The position numbers and the translations under genes were made by a program. Below, one piece after another: positions 1 through 8,544 of a stretch of DNA of 64,000 nucleotides; within the stretch, counting starts at the first letter, position 1; each line of letters starts with the position of its first letter. The notes under the pieces were generated by a model. The model saw only the letters and a list, made by a program, of their open reading frames with translations, was not told the origin of the DNA and did no database searches. The DNA comes from a virus: positions 1-64,000 of the IMG/VR virus record IMGVR_UViG_3300030109_006070; one strand, written 5' to 3'.

Positions 1-33
1 GGACGGGCGGGTCATGATGTCTGTTGCTGTCAT
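1..33 (-). CDS. N-terminus of an early hypothetical protein (MTATDIMTRPS..., runs off the window)
   Basis: ATG at 33 lies 6 nt after a TACTAT -10 box; same layout and ATGACAG start as the neighbouring early genes. Confidence 0.55.
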   Translation of the reverse strand, partial: MTATDIMTRPS

Positions 34-67
34 GTGGGTATAGTATCACAGGCGCGGCTAATCGCAA
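34..67 (-). promoter_or_regulatory. sigma70-type early promoter, leaderless
   Basis: TTGCGA-N16-TACTAT (TG extended -10)-N6-ATG with upstream A-tracts. Confidence 0.6.
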
Positions 68-105
68 GCGTTTTTTTGCGTTATTACGCATTTTTTTTTC
101 GTGCT

Positions 106-181
106 GTAACTGATTGACTATCAATGACTTATGAGGCGGCGGGGGCCGCGTCGTCGTAACTCGTTGAGCGTCAACGACTTA
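106..181. repeat. two copies of an imperfect palindrome GTAACTnnTTGAnnnTCAAnGACTTA, 50-bp period
   Basis: 106-131 gtaactgattgactatcaatgactta and 156-181 gtaactcgttgagcgtcaacgactta, separated by a GC-rich spacer. Confidence 0.8.
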
Positions 182-203
182 CAACGCAATTTTCTTGTCA
201 AGC

Positions 204-238
204 AAAAACCTCGCCACCGACTCCACTCGGTGACGAGG
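204..238 (-). terminator. intrinsic terminator of the leftward early genes
   Basis: hairpin cctcgccaccga-ctccac-tcggtgacgagg followed by T5 on the minus strand. Confidence 0.7.
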
Positions 239-264
239 CTCCATGACAGCGACAGGTTACCCTG

Positions 265-519
265 TCAAGATTTTTTGTGTGCTAGTTTTACAATCGTATC
301 CCCTAACATTAACACAACAGCCCACAGTGCTGGCATTCCTAACATTACCAAAAGAAAGTCGGGACCGTCCCACCCTCGCATAACACTATTAAAAAGTGCG
401 GGACCGCTACCGATTAAGACGGCGGTGACTATGACAAAAAGATTTATACTAATGCATACCATCGCAGAGAATAGAAAGCGGTCAATGAAGTGGTTAAGGG
501 TAGAGAAGAATTTTTTCAT
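265..519 (-). CDS. small membrane protein (two hydrophobic segments), early region
   Basis: 84-aa ORF with two TM-like stretches, co-oriented with the early cluster. Confidence 0.65.
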   Translation of the reverse strand: MKKFFSTLNHFIDRFLFSAMVCISINLFVIVTAVLIGSGPALFNSVMRGWDGPDFLLVMLGMPALWAVVLMLGDTIVKLAHKKS

Positions 520-560
520 GATTTTTTTTGTGTGTGTGTTAGATTTTTTTGTGTGTGTTA
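520..560 (-). repeat. tandem duplicated CA/A-rich intergenic leader
   Basis: gattttttttgtgtgtgtgtta (520-541) then gatttttttgtgtgtgtta (542-560), ending at the ATG at 519. Confidence 0.7.
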
Positions 561-749
561 GTGAGTCGTTTCGATTTCCTTGACTGCCTCATCAAGTTGG
601 TTCTCGATTCTTTTAAAGGTCTGCTTGTTAAAGGCGGATGTCTCTTGCCATGCCGCACCTGCGGCGGCGATGCCTGAAGCTCCTTTCATCACCATTTGGA
701 GTTTGAAGATTTGATCTTTTAGTTGGTCGATTTTTTCTTGTTCTGTCAT
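558..749 (-). CDS. early hypothetical protein (coiled coil)
   Basis: 63-aa ORF with its own leaderless promoter. Confidence 0.7.
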   Translation of the reverse strand: MTEQEKIDQLKDQIFKLQMVMKGASGIAAAGAAWQETSAFNKQTFKRIENQLDEAVKEIETTH

Positions 750-784
750 GATTAGAATATACTTTATAAGTGGAGTTAACGCAA
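750..784 (-). promoter_or_regulatory. sigma70-type early promoter, leaderless
   Basis: TTGCGT-N17-TATATT-N6-ATG. Confidence 0.75.
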
Positions 785-788
785 GTAT

Positions 789-974
789 TTATTTACTTTT
801 TTTTGCGGCGGCTAGTCTTGCGGCTTTAGCCTTGGCGACTGGGCGCTTCGCCCATTCAGCGCGAAGCTCTTCGAGCGTTCTCATATCGCACTGGTTATGG
901 TTACCCGCGTTTGCGCGGATCATGGCGCGGCGCTTTTCGCTACGCTGTTCTTGTTGTTTGTAGTAACTTATCAT
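789..974 (-). CDS. early basic hypothetical protein
   Basis: 61-aa Arg/Lys/Ala-rich ORF with its own promoter. Confidence 0.7.
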   Translation of the reverse strand: MISYYKQQEQRSEKRRAMIRANAGNHNQCDMRTLEELRAEWAKRPVAKAKAARLAAAKKSK

Positions 975-1009
975 GTTTATACTATAGCACGGTTTGAGTT
1001 AAAAGTCAA
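975..1009 (-). promoter_or_regulatory. sigma70-type early promoter, leaderless
   Basis: TTGACT-N17-TATAGT (TGc extended -10)-ATAAAC-ATG with an A-tract UP element. Confidence 0.85.
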
Positions 1010-1037
1010 GAGTAAAAGTATCTTTTTTTTTATTTTT

Positions 1038-1256
1038 TTAGATGCTCAACTTGTTGAGCATTGGCGACCAGTCGCGGCTTACGATATCTTCCAATCTGAT
1101 ATCATCGATTGCGTCCAGAGCAATTTCTTGCTCGCCGCCGTCTTGATCCATAGCCCACACAAAACCATTTTCTAGGTCTGTGTCAGTTACGATGAACCAT
1201 TGCCCTTGTGACACGATTTCCGCGCCGTTTCCGATTTGTTTTTGAATTTCTGTCAT
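1038..1256 (-). CDS. early acidic hypothetical protein (start revised to MTEIQ at 1256)
   Basis: promoter lies directly upstream of ATG 1256; the longer 1358 start would run through the promoter. Confidence 0.7.
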   Translation of the reverse strand: MTEIQKQIGNGAEIVSQGQWFIVTDTDLENGFVWAMDQDGGEQEIALDAIDDIRLEDIVSRDWSPMLNKLSI

Positions 1257-1291
1257 GTTTATACTATAGCACAGGTTAAAGTTAAAAGCAA
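1257..1291 (-). promoter_or_regulatory. sigma70-type early promoter, leaderless
   Basis: TTGCTT-N17-TATAGT-ATAAAC-ATG; near copy of the 975-1009 promoter. Confidence 0.85.
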
Positions 1292-1309
1292 GTTTTTTTT
1301 TGTTTTTTT

Positions 1310-1552
1310 TTATCTGCAATCTTCGACCCACCAAACCCTTGCCTCGGTGTCTACCCACTTCTCAACTCCATTAGTTGAGTTGTAGAAACGTCCTTGTTTG
1401 CCAAGTTTGCCGTTGTTGTTCTTGTCGGCAGCTTCTTGGCGTTGCTTCTTGTTAAGCGCCCACCATGTATCTGATGGGTAGCATGGAGCGATCTCCACGC
1501 AGTCAACTATTTCACCTTTGTCGTTCTCGAATTGTATTATGTTCTCTGTCAT
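1310..1552 (-). CDS. early hypothetical protein (start revised to MTENI at 1552)
   Basis: ORF with its promoter immediately upstream. Confidence 0.7.
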   Translation of the reverse strand: MTENIIQFENDKGEIVDCVEIAPCYPSDTWWALNKKQRQEAADKNNNGKLGKQGRFYNSTNGVEKWVDTEARVWWVEDCR

Positions 1553-1590
1553 GATGTAGTAACTATAGCACACAACCAAACAAAAGTAAA
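1553..1590 (-). promoter_or_regulatory. sigma70-type early promoter
   Basis: TTTACT-N17-TATAGT (TGc extended -10)-N9-ATG. Confidence 0.75.
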
Positions 1591-1812
1591 GTTTTTTTTA
1601 CATTATTTTGCATTAATAAAAATTAATTTAAAAGGGCTTGACACCCTCCCCCATTTCTGAAAAAATTAGTTTGCGTTTGCGTGGCAAACTGGCGGGGGGA
1701 GTCCATTATCAATCTATCAACGAGAAACCCCCACCCAATTGTCTGGGCGCGGTAAACGGGGGCATGAGTTCATTTATTGTTTAAAAAAAATAATCAGACC
1801 CTATAATTCAAA

Positions 1813-1974
1813 GTGACTCTTGACGATGTAACAAAGTATGTGCCATTGGTAGCTGGGGTTATGTATGGTGTCGTGGCCTTTGCTTATTTCATGAAAAAGG
1901 ATTATGGTTGGGGTGTGATCTGGATTTCCTATGCCACGGCAAATTTTGGCCTTATGGTAGTTGGTAATCAGTAA
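1813..1974 (+). CDS. 53-aa two-TM membrane protein, not in the ORF track
   Basis: GTG start 5 nt after TATAAT (1802-1807); MTLDDVTKYVPLVAGVMYGVVAFAYFMKKDYGWGVIWISYATANFGLMVVGNQ. Confidence 0.6.
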   Translation: MTLDDVTKYVPLVAGVMYGVVAFAYFMKKDYGWGVIWISYATANFGLMVVGNQ

Positions 1975-1978
1975 AACG

Positions 1979-1984
1979 GTGTAA
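1979..1984 (+). promoter_or_regulatory. GTGTAA putative late promoter (first of about 12 copies)
   Basis: 9 nt before ATG 1994; recurs before many structural genes. Confidence 0.65.
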
Positions 1985-1993
1985 ATTAAACAA

Positions 1994-2848
1994 ATGAGTT
2001 TATCTTATAGCAATTTTCCTGTTTACATTGGTGAGGTTGGTGTTGGCGTATCTGCTCCTTCGGAAGTGAACGGCTATATACCCGCCACTCAAGCAAGTGT
2101 AAATTACAATACAAATCATAGCCCCAAACGTAAACTAGGAAAAACAATAGCCTCTGATGATCAGTTTGGCTTTAGCTCTGCGTTAACTGCTGATATATCT
2201 ATTGATTGCGTATTTCACACTGGGATGCTCTCTGGTTTGGATTTTTTAACAGATGCTAATCAAGATAATTTTGTTGTCATCCAAGTGGGCAGTGGTCTTT
2301 ACGATAAATGTTATGCTACAGATGTATCTATAAACATAAGTCCATTTGCGCCTGTTACTTTAAATGCTAATTTTGTTTCTTTAGCTCCTGCAATTGATCA
2401 ACCTATCAGCGGAGATCCACATCCATACAAGGGATCAGTTGTTCCTTTAGATAGTGATGCGGTGGCTTATGGGCACACATGCTTTATAGATGATAATGCA
2501 AGCATCTTAAATAATGTGCAATCCCAAATAAGCTTTAAAAGAAGCTATGCCCGAAGCCCAGTTTACAATATAGGGTCAATAAACGCCTCATCTATGCTAC
2601 TTGATGGAGTAGAGGAAGAACTAACTGTAGCTTCTACAGGTTTAAACAGCTTAATAAATTTTAGCGGAGAAGCTTTATCTAATTCTTTGACTGTAAATGT
2701 TTGCGGAATAGGAGGCACCGCTGTTATGCCGCAGATTTTAGATATAATTCAATTTAATGCTGGCTCTAGAGTGTTAACGGAATCTTACTCAAACCAAGGA
2801 GGAGAAACTTTAACGACCAGCGCTACGATTAAACAAATAAAATTATGA
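1994..2848 (+). CDS. tail tube-like structural protein (paralog of the 16001, 27836 and 29600 genes)
   Basis: beta-rich; SFKRSYARSPVYNIG and DVSINISPFAPVTLNANF resemble tube-paralog motifs; GTGTAA upstream. Confidence 0.55.
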   Translation: MSLSYSNFPVYIGEVGVGVSAPSEVNGYIPATQASVNYNTNHSPKRKLGKTIASDDQFGFSSALTADISIDCVFHTGMLSGLDFLTDANQDNFVVIQVGSGLYDKCYATDVSINISPFAPVTLNANFVSLAPAIDQPISGDPHPYKGSVVPLDSDAVAYGHTCFIDDNASILNNVQSQISFKRSYARSPVYNIGSINASSMLLDGVEEELTVASTGLNSLINFSGEALSNSLTVNVCGIGGTAVMPQILDIIQFNAGSRVLTESYSNQGGETLTTSATIKQIKL

Positions 2849-2871
2849 TTTAAGTGTAATAACTATTACAT

Positions 2872-3588
2872 ATGGCACTTAAAAAATTGTCTAATTTTCG
2901 TCTAGAGCCTCATACATTCCACTCCATTAAGTTCAAGGAGAGGAAATTTAAATTTACCCCAAATCAGCGCAAATTTCTAGCGACTATGCTAGACCCCGAA
3001 GTGAAGATCATGTTTGTGTCTGGCCCCGCAGGTTCTAGTAAAACATACATGTCTTTATATGGGTGTTTGCGTTTAATGGCTGAAGATAAAGAAAAAGACC
3101 TTCTTTACATAAGAAGTATTGTCGAGAGCGCAGATAAGGGACTAGGGAGCCTTCCTGGAGATATGTCTGAAAAGTTTAATCCTTTTACGTTGCCTTTATA
3201 CGACAAATTGGAAGAAATAATACATGAGGGAGATACAGCCTTCTTGAAACAGAAAGAGAGGGTCACAGCTATCCCTATAAACTTTTTAAGAGGAGCCAAC
3301 TGGAACAATAAGTTAATTGTAGCTGATGAAGCTCAAAACTTCACGTTCAAAGAGTTGACTACTTTGATAACTCGTATTGGAGAAGATACTAAGTTGTGTA
3401 TCTGTGGAGACTTTATGCAAAGTGATATTAACGGCAAGACTGGGTTCAAAGATATGTTTGATATCTTCTCTGATGACAAATCAAGGGAGAACGGCATACA
3501 CTCTTTCTCATTTTCCACAAACGACATCGTAAGGAGTAAAATATTAAAGTTTATCATTTCTAAGTTAGAAAAAGGTAAGAAAGTGTAA
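2872..3588 (+). CDS. phoH: PhoH family ATPase
   Basis: GPAGSSKT, LGSLPGD, FLRG, DEAQN, TRIG, GDFMQSD, IVRS motifs. Confidence 0.95.
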   Translation: MALKKLSNFRLEPHTFHSIKFKERKFKFTPNQRKFLATMLDPEVKIMFVSGPAGSSKTYMSLYGCLRLMAEDKEKDLLYIRSIVESADKGLGSLPGDMSEKFNPFTLPLYDKLEEIIHEGDTAFLKQKERVTAIPINFLRGANWNNKLIVADEAQNFTFKELTTLITRIGEDTKLCICGDFMQSDINGKTGFKDMFDIFSDDKSRENGIHSFSFSTNDIVRSKILKFIISKLEKGKKV

Positions 3589-3600
3589 TATTATAAGTAT

Positions 3601-3674
3601 AAGCAAGAATAAGTGTCACGCGCTAGCGGCGAACTGCTTCAAAACACAAAAAGGACACAAGCCTTGTTTTTTTT
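3601..3674 (+). ncRNA. candidate small structured RNA
   Basis: GTGTAA at 3583-3588 with no ORF following; nested stems aagcaag/cttgttt and gtgtc/gacac ending in T8. Confidence 0.35.
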
Positions 3675-3709
3675 AGAAAAAATTAATTTTAATTATATAA
3701 ATATATAGT

Positions 3710-4060
3710 ATGGCTCATCTATTTTGTCACAGTTGCGGTGCAAAACTTTCTTACGCTAATGCAAAACCTAATTTTTGCGAAAAGTGCGGCGAACAACTTA
3801 ATTCTTTAGCTTCTACGACTTCCACTAACACTTCAGCAGGTATGCCTGTTCTGGAGAAATCTGTAGTCATCTCCCAAGATGAGACAGATGCACAAACTGT
3901 CCCAAATATTTCTAAGTTGCAAGTAGAAGTTCAAGCGTCTGACAAAAGCCCTTTGACCTTTGGTTCATTGATAGGGGAGTCAACTGAATCTGATTTTAAT
4001 CAGACAAGGAAGGCCAGATCTATTAATGAATTTATTGATGAAAAAAAGAAAGAAGGGTGA
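3710..4060 (+). CDS. zinc-ribbon protein
   Basis: CHSCG...FCEKCG double CxxC. Confidence 0.8.
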   Translation: MAHLFCHSCGAKLSYANAKPNFCEKCGEQLNSLASTTSTNTSAGMPVLEKSVVISQDETDAQTVPNISKLQVEVQASDKSPLTFGSLIGESTESDFNQTRKARSINEFIDEKKKEG

Positions 4061-4712
4061 ATACATATATGAAGACTTTTCTGAAGTAATTGATGCCGCG
4101 ATAAAAAAACAGCAATATAAGTGGCGACTCAATGCTGTTCGATGGTTTGATTTTAATGATGTCGAGCAAATCATCAAATTGCACATTTCTAAGAAATGGC
4201 ACATGTGGGATCAAGAAAGACCGCTTGAGCCTTGGATTGGTAGGATAATATCCAATCAGATAAGAAACCTTATAAGGAACCATTATGGGAACTATGTGAA
4301 CCCTTGTCCCGATTATCAAACACAAGGTCATGATTCATTTAAGTGTCCTGTCTGTTCAAAGTGGGAAAAATCTAAAAAAGCCGCTTTAGAGTTAAAAATC
4401 CCATTATCTACAGAGGATTTTGTAAAAGAGGTCACTACCAGAGAATATTTAGATTTTGATTTTTCAACATCTTTACAGAAGCTAAATGGACAAATGAAAA
4501 TCCGTTTAAGCGAAGTTCACTATGTTGCATACCGAATGTTATATTTTGATAAAAATACTGAAGAAGATGTGGCTAAATTTATGGGCTACAAGATTTCAGC
4601 TCAAAAAAGGAAACTTGGCTATAGACAAGTGAAAAATTTAAAAAAGAAGTTCCTACAGGTGGCTATGGAAATACTAAGGGAGCAAGATATTATAGGAGAT
4701 GGAACTGACTGA
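4026..4712 (+). CDS. phage sigma70-family factor (candidate late sigma); start may be 4038
   Basis: region-2-like DVEQ..HISKKWHMWDQERPLEPWIGRIISNQIRN and region-4-like EEDVAKFMG; CP..CPVC insert. Confidence 0.75.
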   Translation: MNLLMKKRKKGEYIYEDFSEVIDAAIKKQQYKWRLNAVRWFDFNDVEQIIKLHISKKWHMWDQERPLEPWIGRIISNQIRNLIRNHYGNYVNPCPDYQTQGHDSFKCPVCSKWEKSKKAALELKIPLSTEDFVKEVTTREYLDFDFSTSLQKLNGQMKIRLSEVHYVAYRMLYFDKNTEEDVAKFMGYKISAQKRKLGYRQVKNLKKKFLQVAMEILREQDIIGDGTD

Positions 4713-5748
4713 AGAGCAAAAAAACTTTTTACGGGACAACGCATCTGAAATTCCCGACTTAATTGATTTGACCAAGCAATGCTTCGGCGACGACTCTTTG
4801 GATGGACGCTCTAAAGAGGGAAGAGCTGTAAGGAAATTTTTAGTAGAAAACTCTATTGAATTCAAAACTACTGGTAGAATCCCAGCGGAAGTCATTGAGT
4901 TTACTTCCGAGCAAAAAGATTTTATAATTCAACAAGCAGAAGAAGGTTTATCTTCTCTGGAGATAGCTAAAATCGTTTTCCCTTCCAGAATCATAAGACC
5001 TTTGAGTGCAGAGCAACGAGCTGTCCTCGCTGAAATTAGAGAGGTAAATCCTGACATTTTGCCGTCTCAAGATTCAGGCGCTCTCAATTCATACATCGCA
5101 CCGAAGTCTGCATCGCGGATCATCAAAAAAATCAATGATTCGACTGGTTTGGGCTTAGATGAATCCAAACTTAACAGACAAAAACAAATTTGCGTAGAAA
5201 AACTAAAAGTTAACCTTTCTAACTCAAGATTTCTAAAAATTATTAACAATTTGTTGAATCAAGAAGATCGAGTTTTATTCGAGCATGAATTTGTTCGGTT
5301 AACTTGGGATAAGCCAGATTTAACTGCTGATGAAATTAATTTGTATTTAAATGTGTGCAAGGAGGTTATTAATCTTGAGGTTATCAGTGCTCACCTTAAC
5401 AAACTTAATAGTATGTTTGATGAGGCTGATGAGCAGCAGGAGATGTCTATCAGACTTGCAGAAATTATCAAAACCAAGAGTTCAGAGTATCATCAATGCG
5501 AAACACGTATTGAAAACCTAACTAAAAAGCTTCAAGGAGATAGAAGCGAAAGGATGAAGAAGCTAAACAAAGAAAACGCTTCATTTCTTTCTATAGTGCA
5601 GTTATTCCAAGAAGAAGAGGAGAGAGAGACGATGATTAGAATTGCAGAGATGCAAAAGCAAGCTGTAAAGCAGGAAGCTGAAAGATTAGAGGGTATGTCA
5701 GAATGGAAAGCAAGAGTATTAGGAATTGGCCAGCAAGATGTCATTTAA
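4699..5748 (+). CDS. hypothetical helical/coiled-coil protein, possible terminase small subunit
   Basis: two repeated N-terminal HTH-like units ([L/F]T.EQK.F) and a coiled-coil C-terminus; lies upstream of the terminase. Confidence 0.4.
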   Translation: MELTEEQKNFLRDNASEIPDLIDLTKQCFGDDSLDGRSKEGRAVRKFLVENSIEFKTTGRIPAEVIEFTSEQKDFIIQQAEEGLSSLEIAKIVFPSRIIRPLSAEQRAVLAEIREVNPDILPSQDSGALNSYIAPKSASRIIKKINDSTGLGLDESKLNRQKQICVEKLKVNLSNSRFLKIINNLLNQEDRVLFEHEFVRLTWDKPDLTADEINLYLNVCKEVINLEVISAHLNKLNSMFDEADEQQEMSIRLAEIIKTKSSEYHQCETRIENLTKKLQGDRSERMKKLNKENASFLSIVQLFQEEEERETMIRIAEMQKQAVKQEAERLEGMSEWKARVLGIGQQDVI

Positions 5749-6748
5749 ATGCAAAATATGCGGGGAGTCATTTGATTCATCGAGGAGCTTACACGCGCAC
5801 ATCAAAAAGCACGATAAGCTCTTGGGAGACTACTATGTAGAAAATTATTTAAGAAAAGATAAATTAACTGGCGAGTTAATACCTTTTAAAAATCAAAAGC
5901 AGTATTTTTCAACAGACTTTATCAACAAGAGGAATATGAAGAAGTGGTGCAACGAAGCACCGACTGAAGAAGTAAAAGACTTCATAGTAAAAACCTTAAA
6001 GCAAAAGCTCGAAGCCAAGGGCATTTCTGAAGGGCCACCTTCCACATACCTACAAACCACAAGCTTACCCGACATAGATCTATGTAAGCAGGTCTTTGGC
6101 AGCTATAGAGACACCTGTAAAGAATTAGACATGAAACCTATGCTGGCTGATTCGTTGCCCAAAGACTTCGACAAAGATTATTCAGATACACCCATCCTAA
6201 TAGACACCAGAGAACAAAAGCCCCTGCATTTCAACAATTCTGAATTGCTTAAACTTGATGTGGGGGATTATGCCGTGGCGGGTAATTTATATGACTATAC
6301 ATTCGTGGATAGGAAATCTTACCAGGATTTTTGCTCAACTGTAACAAATGGATACAACCGTTTTATTAAAGAGTTAGAAAGATGCAGATCTATGGGATGT
6401 TACCTGTATGTAGTCACAGAAACAGCTTTTGATAAGATGTGGGCCATAAATAGGCGGGTATATAAAAAATTTAAATTAGACTATGTTTATCATAGAATGA
6501 GGGAGATACAAGCTGACTATACAGATTGCTGTCAATTTGTATTCAGTGGATCGAGAGAGAAAAGCGAAGAGCTGATTCCTAAAATTCTTGTTTTAGGCAC
6601 GAAGCTCTGGGGAGTAGACCTTCAATATTTTTGGGACAAACAATTAAAAAAAGATGGCTTGGGAAACAGGACAACAGAAACTACACCGAAAGTACAAGGA
6701 TATAAACAAACACATTCTCGAAAAAGAGGGGTTTATAGAAGAAAATGA
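5738..6748 (+). CDS. C2H2 zinc finger + ERCC4/XPF-family nuclease
   Basis: CKICG..H...H finger; IDTREQKP, GDY, DRKS..D, VTE ERCC4 motifs. Confidence 0.8.
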   Translation: MSFKCKICGESFDSSRSLHAHIKKHDKLLGDYYVENYLRKDKLTGELIPFKNQKQYFSTDFINKRNMKKWCNEAPTEEVKDFIVKTLKQKLEAKGISEGPPSTYLQTTSLPDIDLCKQVFGSYRDTCKELDMKPMLADSLPKDFDKDYSDTPILIDTREQKPLHFNNSELLKLDVGDYAVAGNLYDYTFVDRKSYQDFCSTVTNGYNRFIKELERCRSMGCYLYVVTETAFDKMWAINRRVYKKFKLDYVYHRMREIQADYTDCCQFVFSGSREKSEELIPKILVLGTKLWGVDLQYFWDKQLKKDGLGNRTTETTPKVQGYKQTHSRKRGVYRRK

Positions 6749-8519
6749 AGCGAAGATTTTGCTTTATAAATTTCTAAGAGAAAATCCGTCTTTTGCTTGT
6801 GAGTTGTTTACTGGGGTAAAATTATTCCCCTTCCAACATATGGCTATTAAAGCTATGATGGAGTCTGATTACTTTTTGGGGATATGGAGTCGAGGAATGT
6901 CTAAAAGCTTCTCTACGGGCGTTTTCGCGCTATTAGACGCTATTTTAAATCAGGGTGTCCAGATAGGTATTTTGTCTAAGTCTTTCAGGCAATCTAAAAT
7001 GATTTTCAAAAAAATTGAGGATATAGCCAAAAGCCCTAAAGCGACTTTCTTCGCTCAATGCATTACTAGAACATCTAAGATGAATGATGAGTGGGTAATG
7101 GAGATAGGTAGAAGTAGTATAAGGGCGCTTCCTTTGGGTGATGGAGAAAAATTAAGAGGATTTAGATTTCAAAGAATGATCATTGATGAGCTATTGTTGA
7201 TGCCTGAAAAAATTTACAATGAGGTAATCATTCCTTTCTTGTCGGTTGTGGAAAACCCGACAGAGCGTCAAGAAGTTTACGATTTAGAAACCCAAATGAT
7301 TGAGCAGGGTAAAATGAAAGAAGAGGAGAGAAAAAAATGGCCCAATAACAAAATTATTGGTTTGTCTTCAGCTTCTTACAAATTCGAATACTTGTATAAA
7401 ATTTATCAACAATATGAAGGTTTAATTTTGAATGAAAAGAAACAAGATGGGGCGCATAGAACAATTATGCATTTTAGCTATGACTGCGCTCCTGACCAAC
7501 TGTATGATCAAAGCTTGATTAATCAGTCTAGGTCTACAATGAGTGATTCCCAATTTGATAGGGAATTTGGAGCTATATTTACTGATGACAGCTCTGGATA
7601 CTTTAAAGTCAGTAAAATGGCTGCTTGCACCATTCCCGATGGCGAAGGCCAATGTGTAGAGGTAATAGGTAATCCTAAAGACGACTACATATTAGCGTTT
7701 GACCCATCTTGGTCGGAAAGTGAAAGTTCAGACGATTTCGCTATGCTTTTAATTAAATTAAATCGCGACACCAAAAAAGGAACTATTGTCCATAGTTATG
7801 CTCTTTCAGGAGCCAGTTTAAAAACTCATATCAAATACATAGCTTACGTATTAACTCACTTTAACATAGTCGCTGTGGTAGGTGACTACAATGGAGGCGT
7901 ACAATTTGTAAACTCTTGTAATGAAAGTGAAATTTTTAAAACAAAGAATTTAAAACTTGGTGTTATAGAAGCCGACCTAGATAAATCTAAAGATTACGAT
8001 AAAAACTTAAGAAGACTTAAAAATCAATACAACAAGTCTGAAAAGAAATTTGTGTTTCTTAGAAAACCTACTTCAGCATGGATTAGAGTAGCTAATGAAT
8101 CTTTACAGTCAGCCTTTGATCACAAGAGAATATTTTTCGCTGGAGCAGCTATGAACGACGATTATAACAACCAGAGAAAATCTAGAGTGCCTATCGAGCA
8201 ATTAAAGTTTATTAGAAATGACGCTAATGAAAAAGGGGGCAAAGGAGCCAGAATGATAGATTTTGTAGAGCACCAGAAAGATATGATGGATTTAATTAAG
8301 GTCCAATGTGCTCTTATACAAATTACAACTTCTGTTCAAGGCACCCAAAGCTTTGACTTACCTCCAAACTTAAGAAAGCAAAGCGGGGCTGATAAAGCTC
8401 GAAAAGACTCTTATTCAGCTTTAGTTTTGGGGAATTGGATGATGAACATTTTTTATGATATGGAGTCGGATGATATATCAAATACCCAAACGACTTTCAC
8501 TCCAATGTTTATTTCTTAA
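6654..8519 (+). CDS. terL: terminase large subunit
   Basis: LFPFQ, SRGMSKS Walker A, LRG, IIDE Walker B, REFGAIF, AFDPS nuclease Asp, KDSYSAL. Confidence 0.9.
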   Translation: MAWETGQQKLHRKYKDINKHILEKEGFIEENEAKILLYKFLRENPSFACELFTGVKLFPFQHMAIKAMMESDYFLGIWSRGMSKSFSTGVFALLDAILNQGVQIGILSKSFRQSKMIFKKIEDIAKSPKATFFAQCITRTSKMNDEWVMEIGRSSIRALPLGDGEKLRGFRFQRMIIDELLLMPEKIYNEVIIPFLSVVENPTERQEVYDLETQMIEQGKMKEEERKKWPNNKIIGLSSASYKFEYLYKIYQQYEGLILNEKKQDGAHRTIMHFSYDCAPDQLYDQSLINQSRSTMSDSQFDREFGAIFTDDSSGYFKVSKMAACTIPDGEGQCVEVIGNPKDDYILAFDPSWSESESSDDFAMLLIKLNRDTKKGTIVHSYALSGASLKTHIKYIAYVLTHFNIVAVVGDYNGGVQFVNSCNESEIFKTKNLKLGVIEADLDKSKDYDKNLRRLKNQYNKSEKKFVFLRKPTSAWIRVANESLQSAFDHKRIFFAGAAMNDDYNNQRKSRVPIEQLKFIRNDANEKGGKGARMIDFVEHQKDMMDLIKVQCALIQITTSVQGTQSFDLPPNLRKQSGADKARKDSYSALVLGNWMMNIFYDMESDDISNTQTTFTPMFIS

Positions 8520-8544
8520 CTTTTAAAAGTTGAAAGTTAACTTT
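8518..8544. repeat. two adjacent perfect palindromes
   Basis: AACTTTTAAAAGTT (8518-8531) and AAAGTTAACTTT (8533-8544), directly before GTGTAA at 8548. Confidence 0.8.

Noticed and set aside
106-181. CRISPR mini-array interpretation
   Set aside because: Only two non-identical copies with a 24-nt spacer and no cas operon; the Cas4-like nuclease at 56021 sits in the replication cluster
131-1175. Plus-strand ORFs 131-583, 748-963 and 897-1175
   Set aside because: Antisense shadows of promoter-supported minus-strand genes; they run through repeats, a terminator and T-tracts
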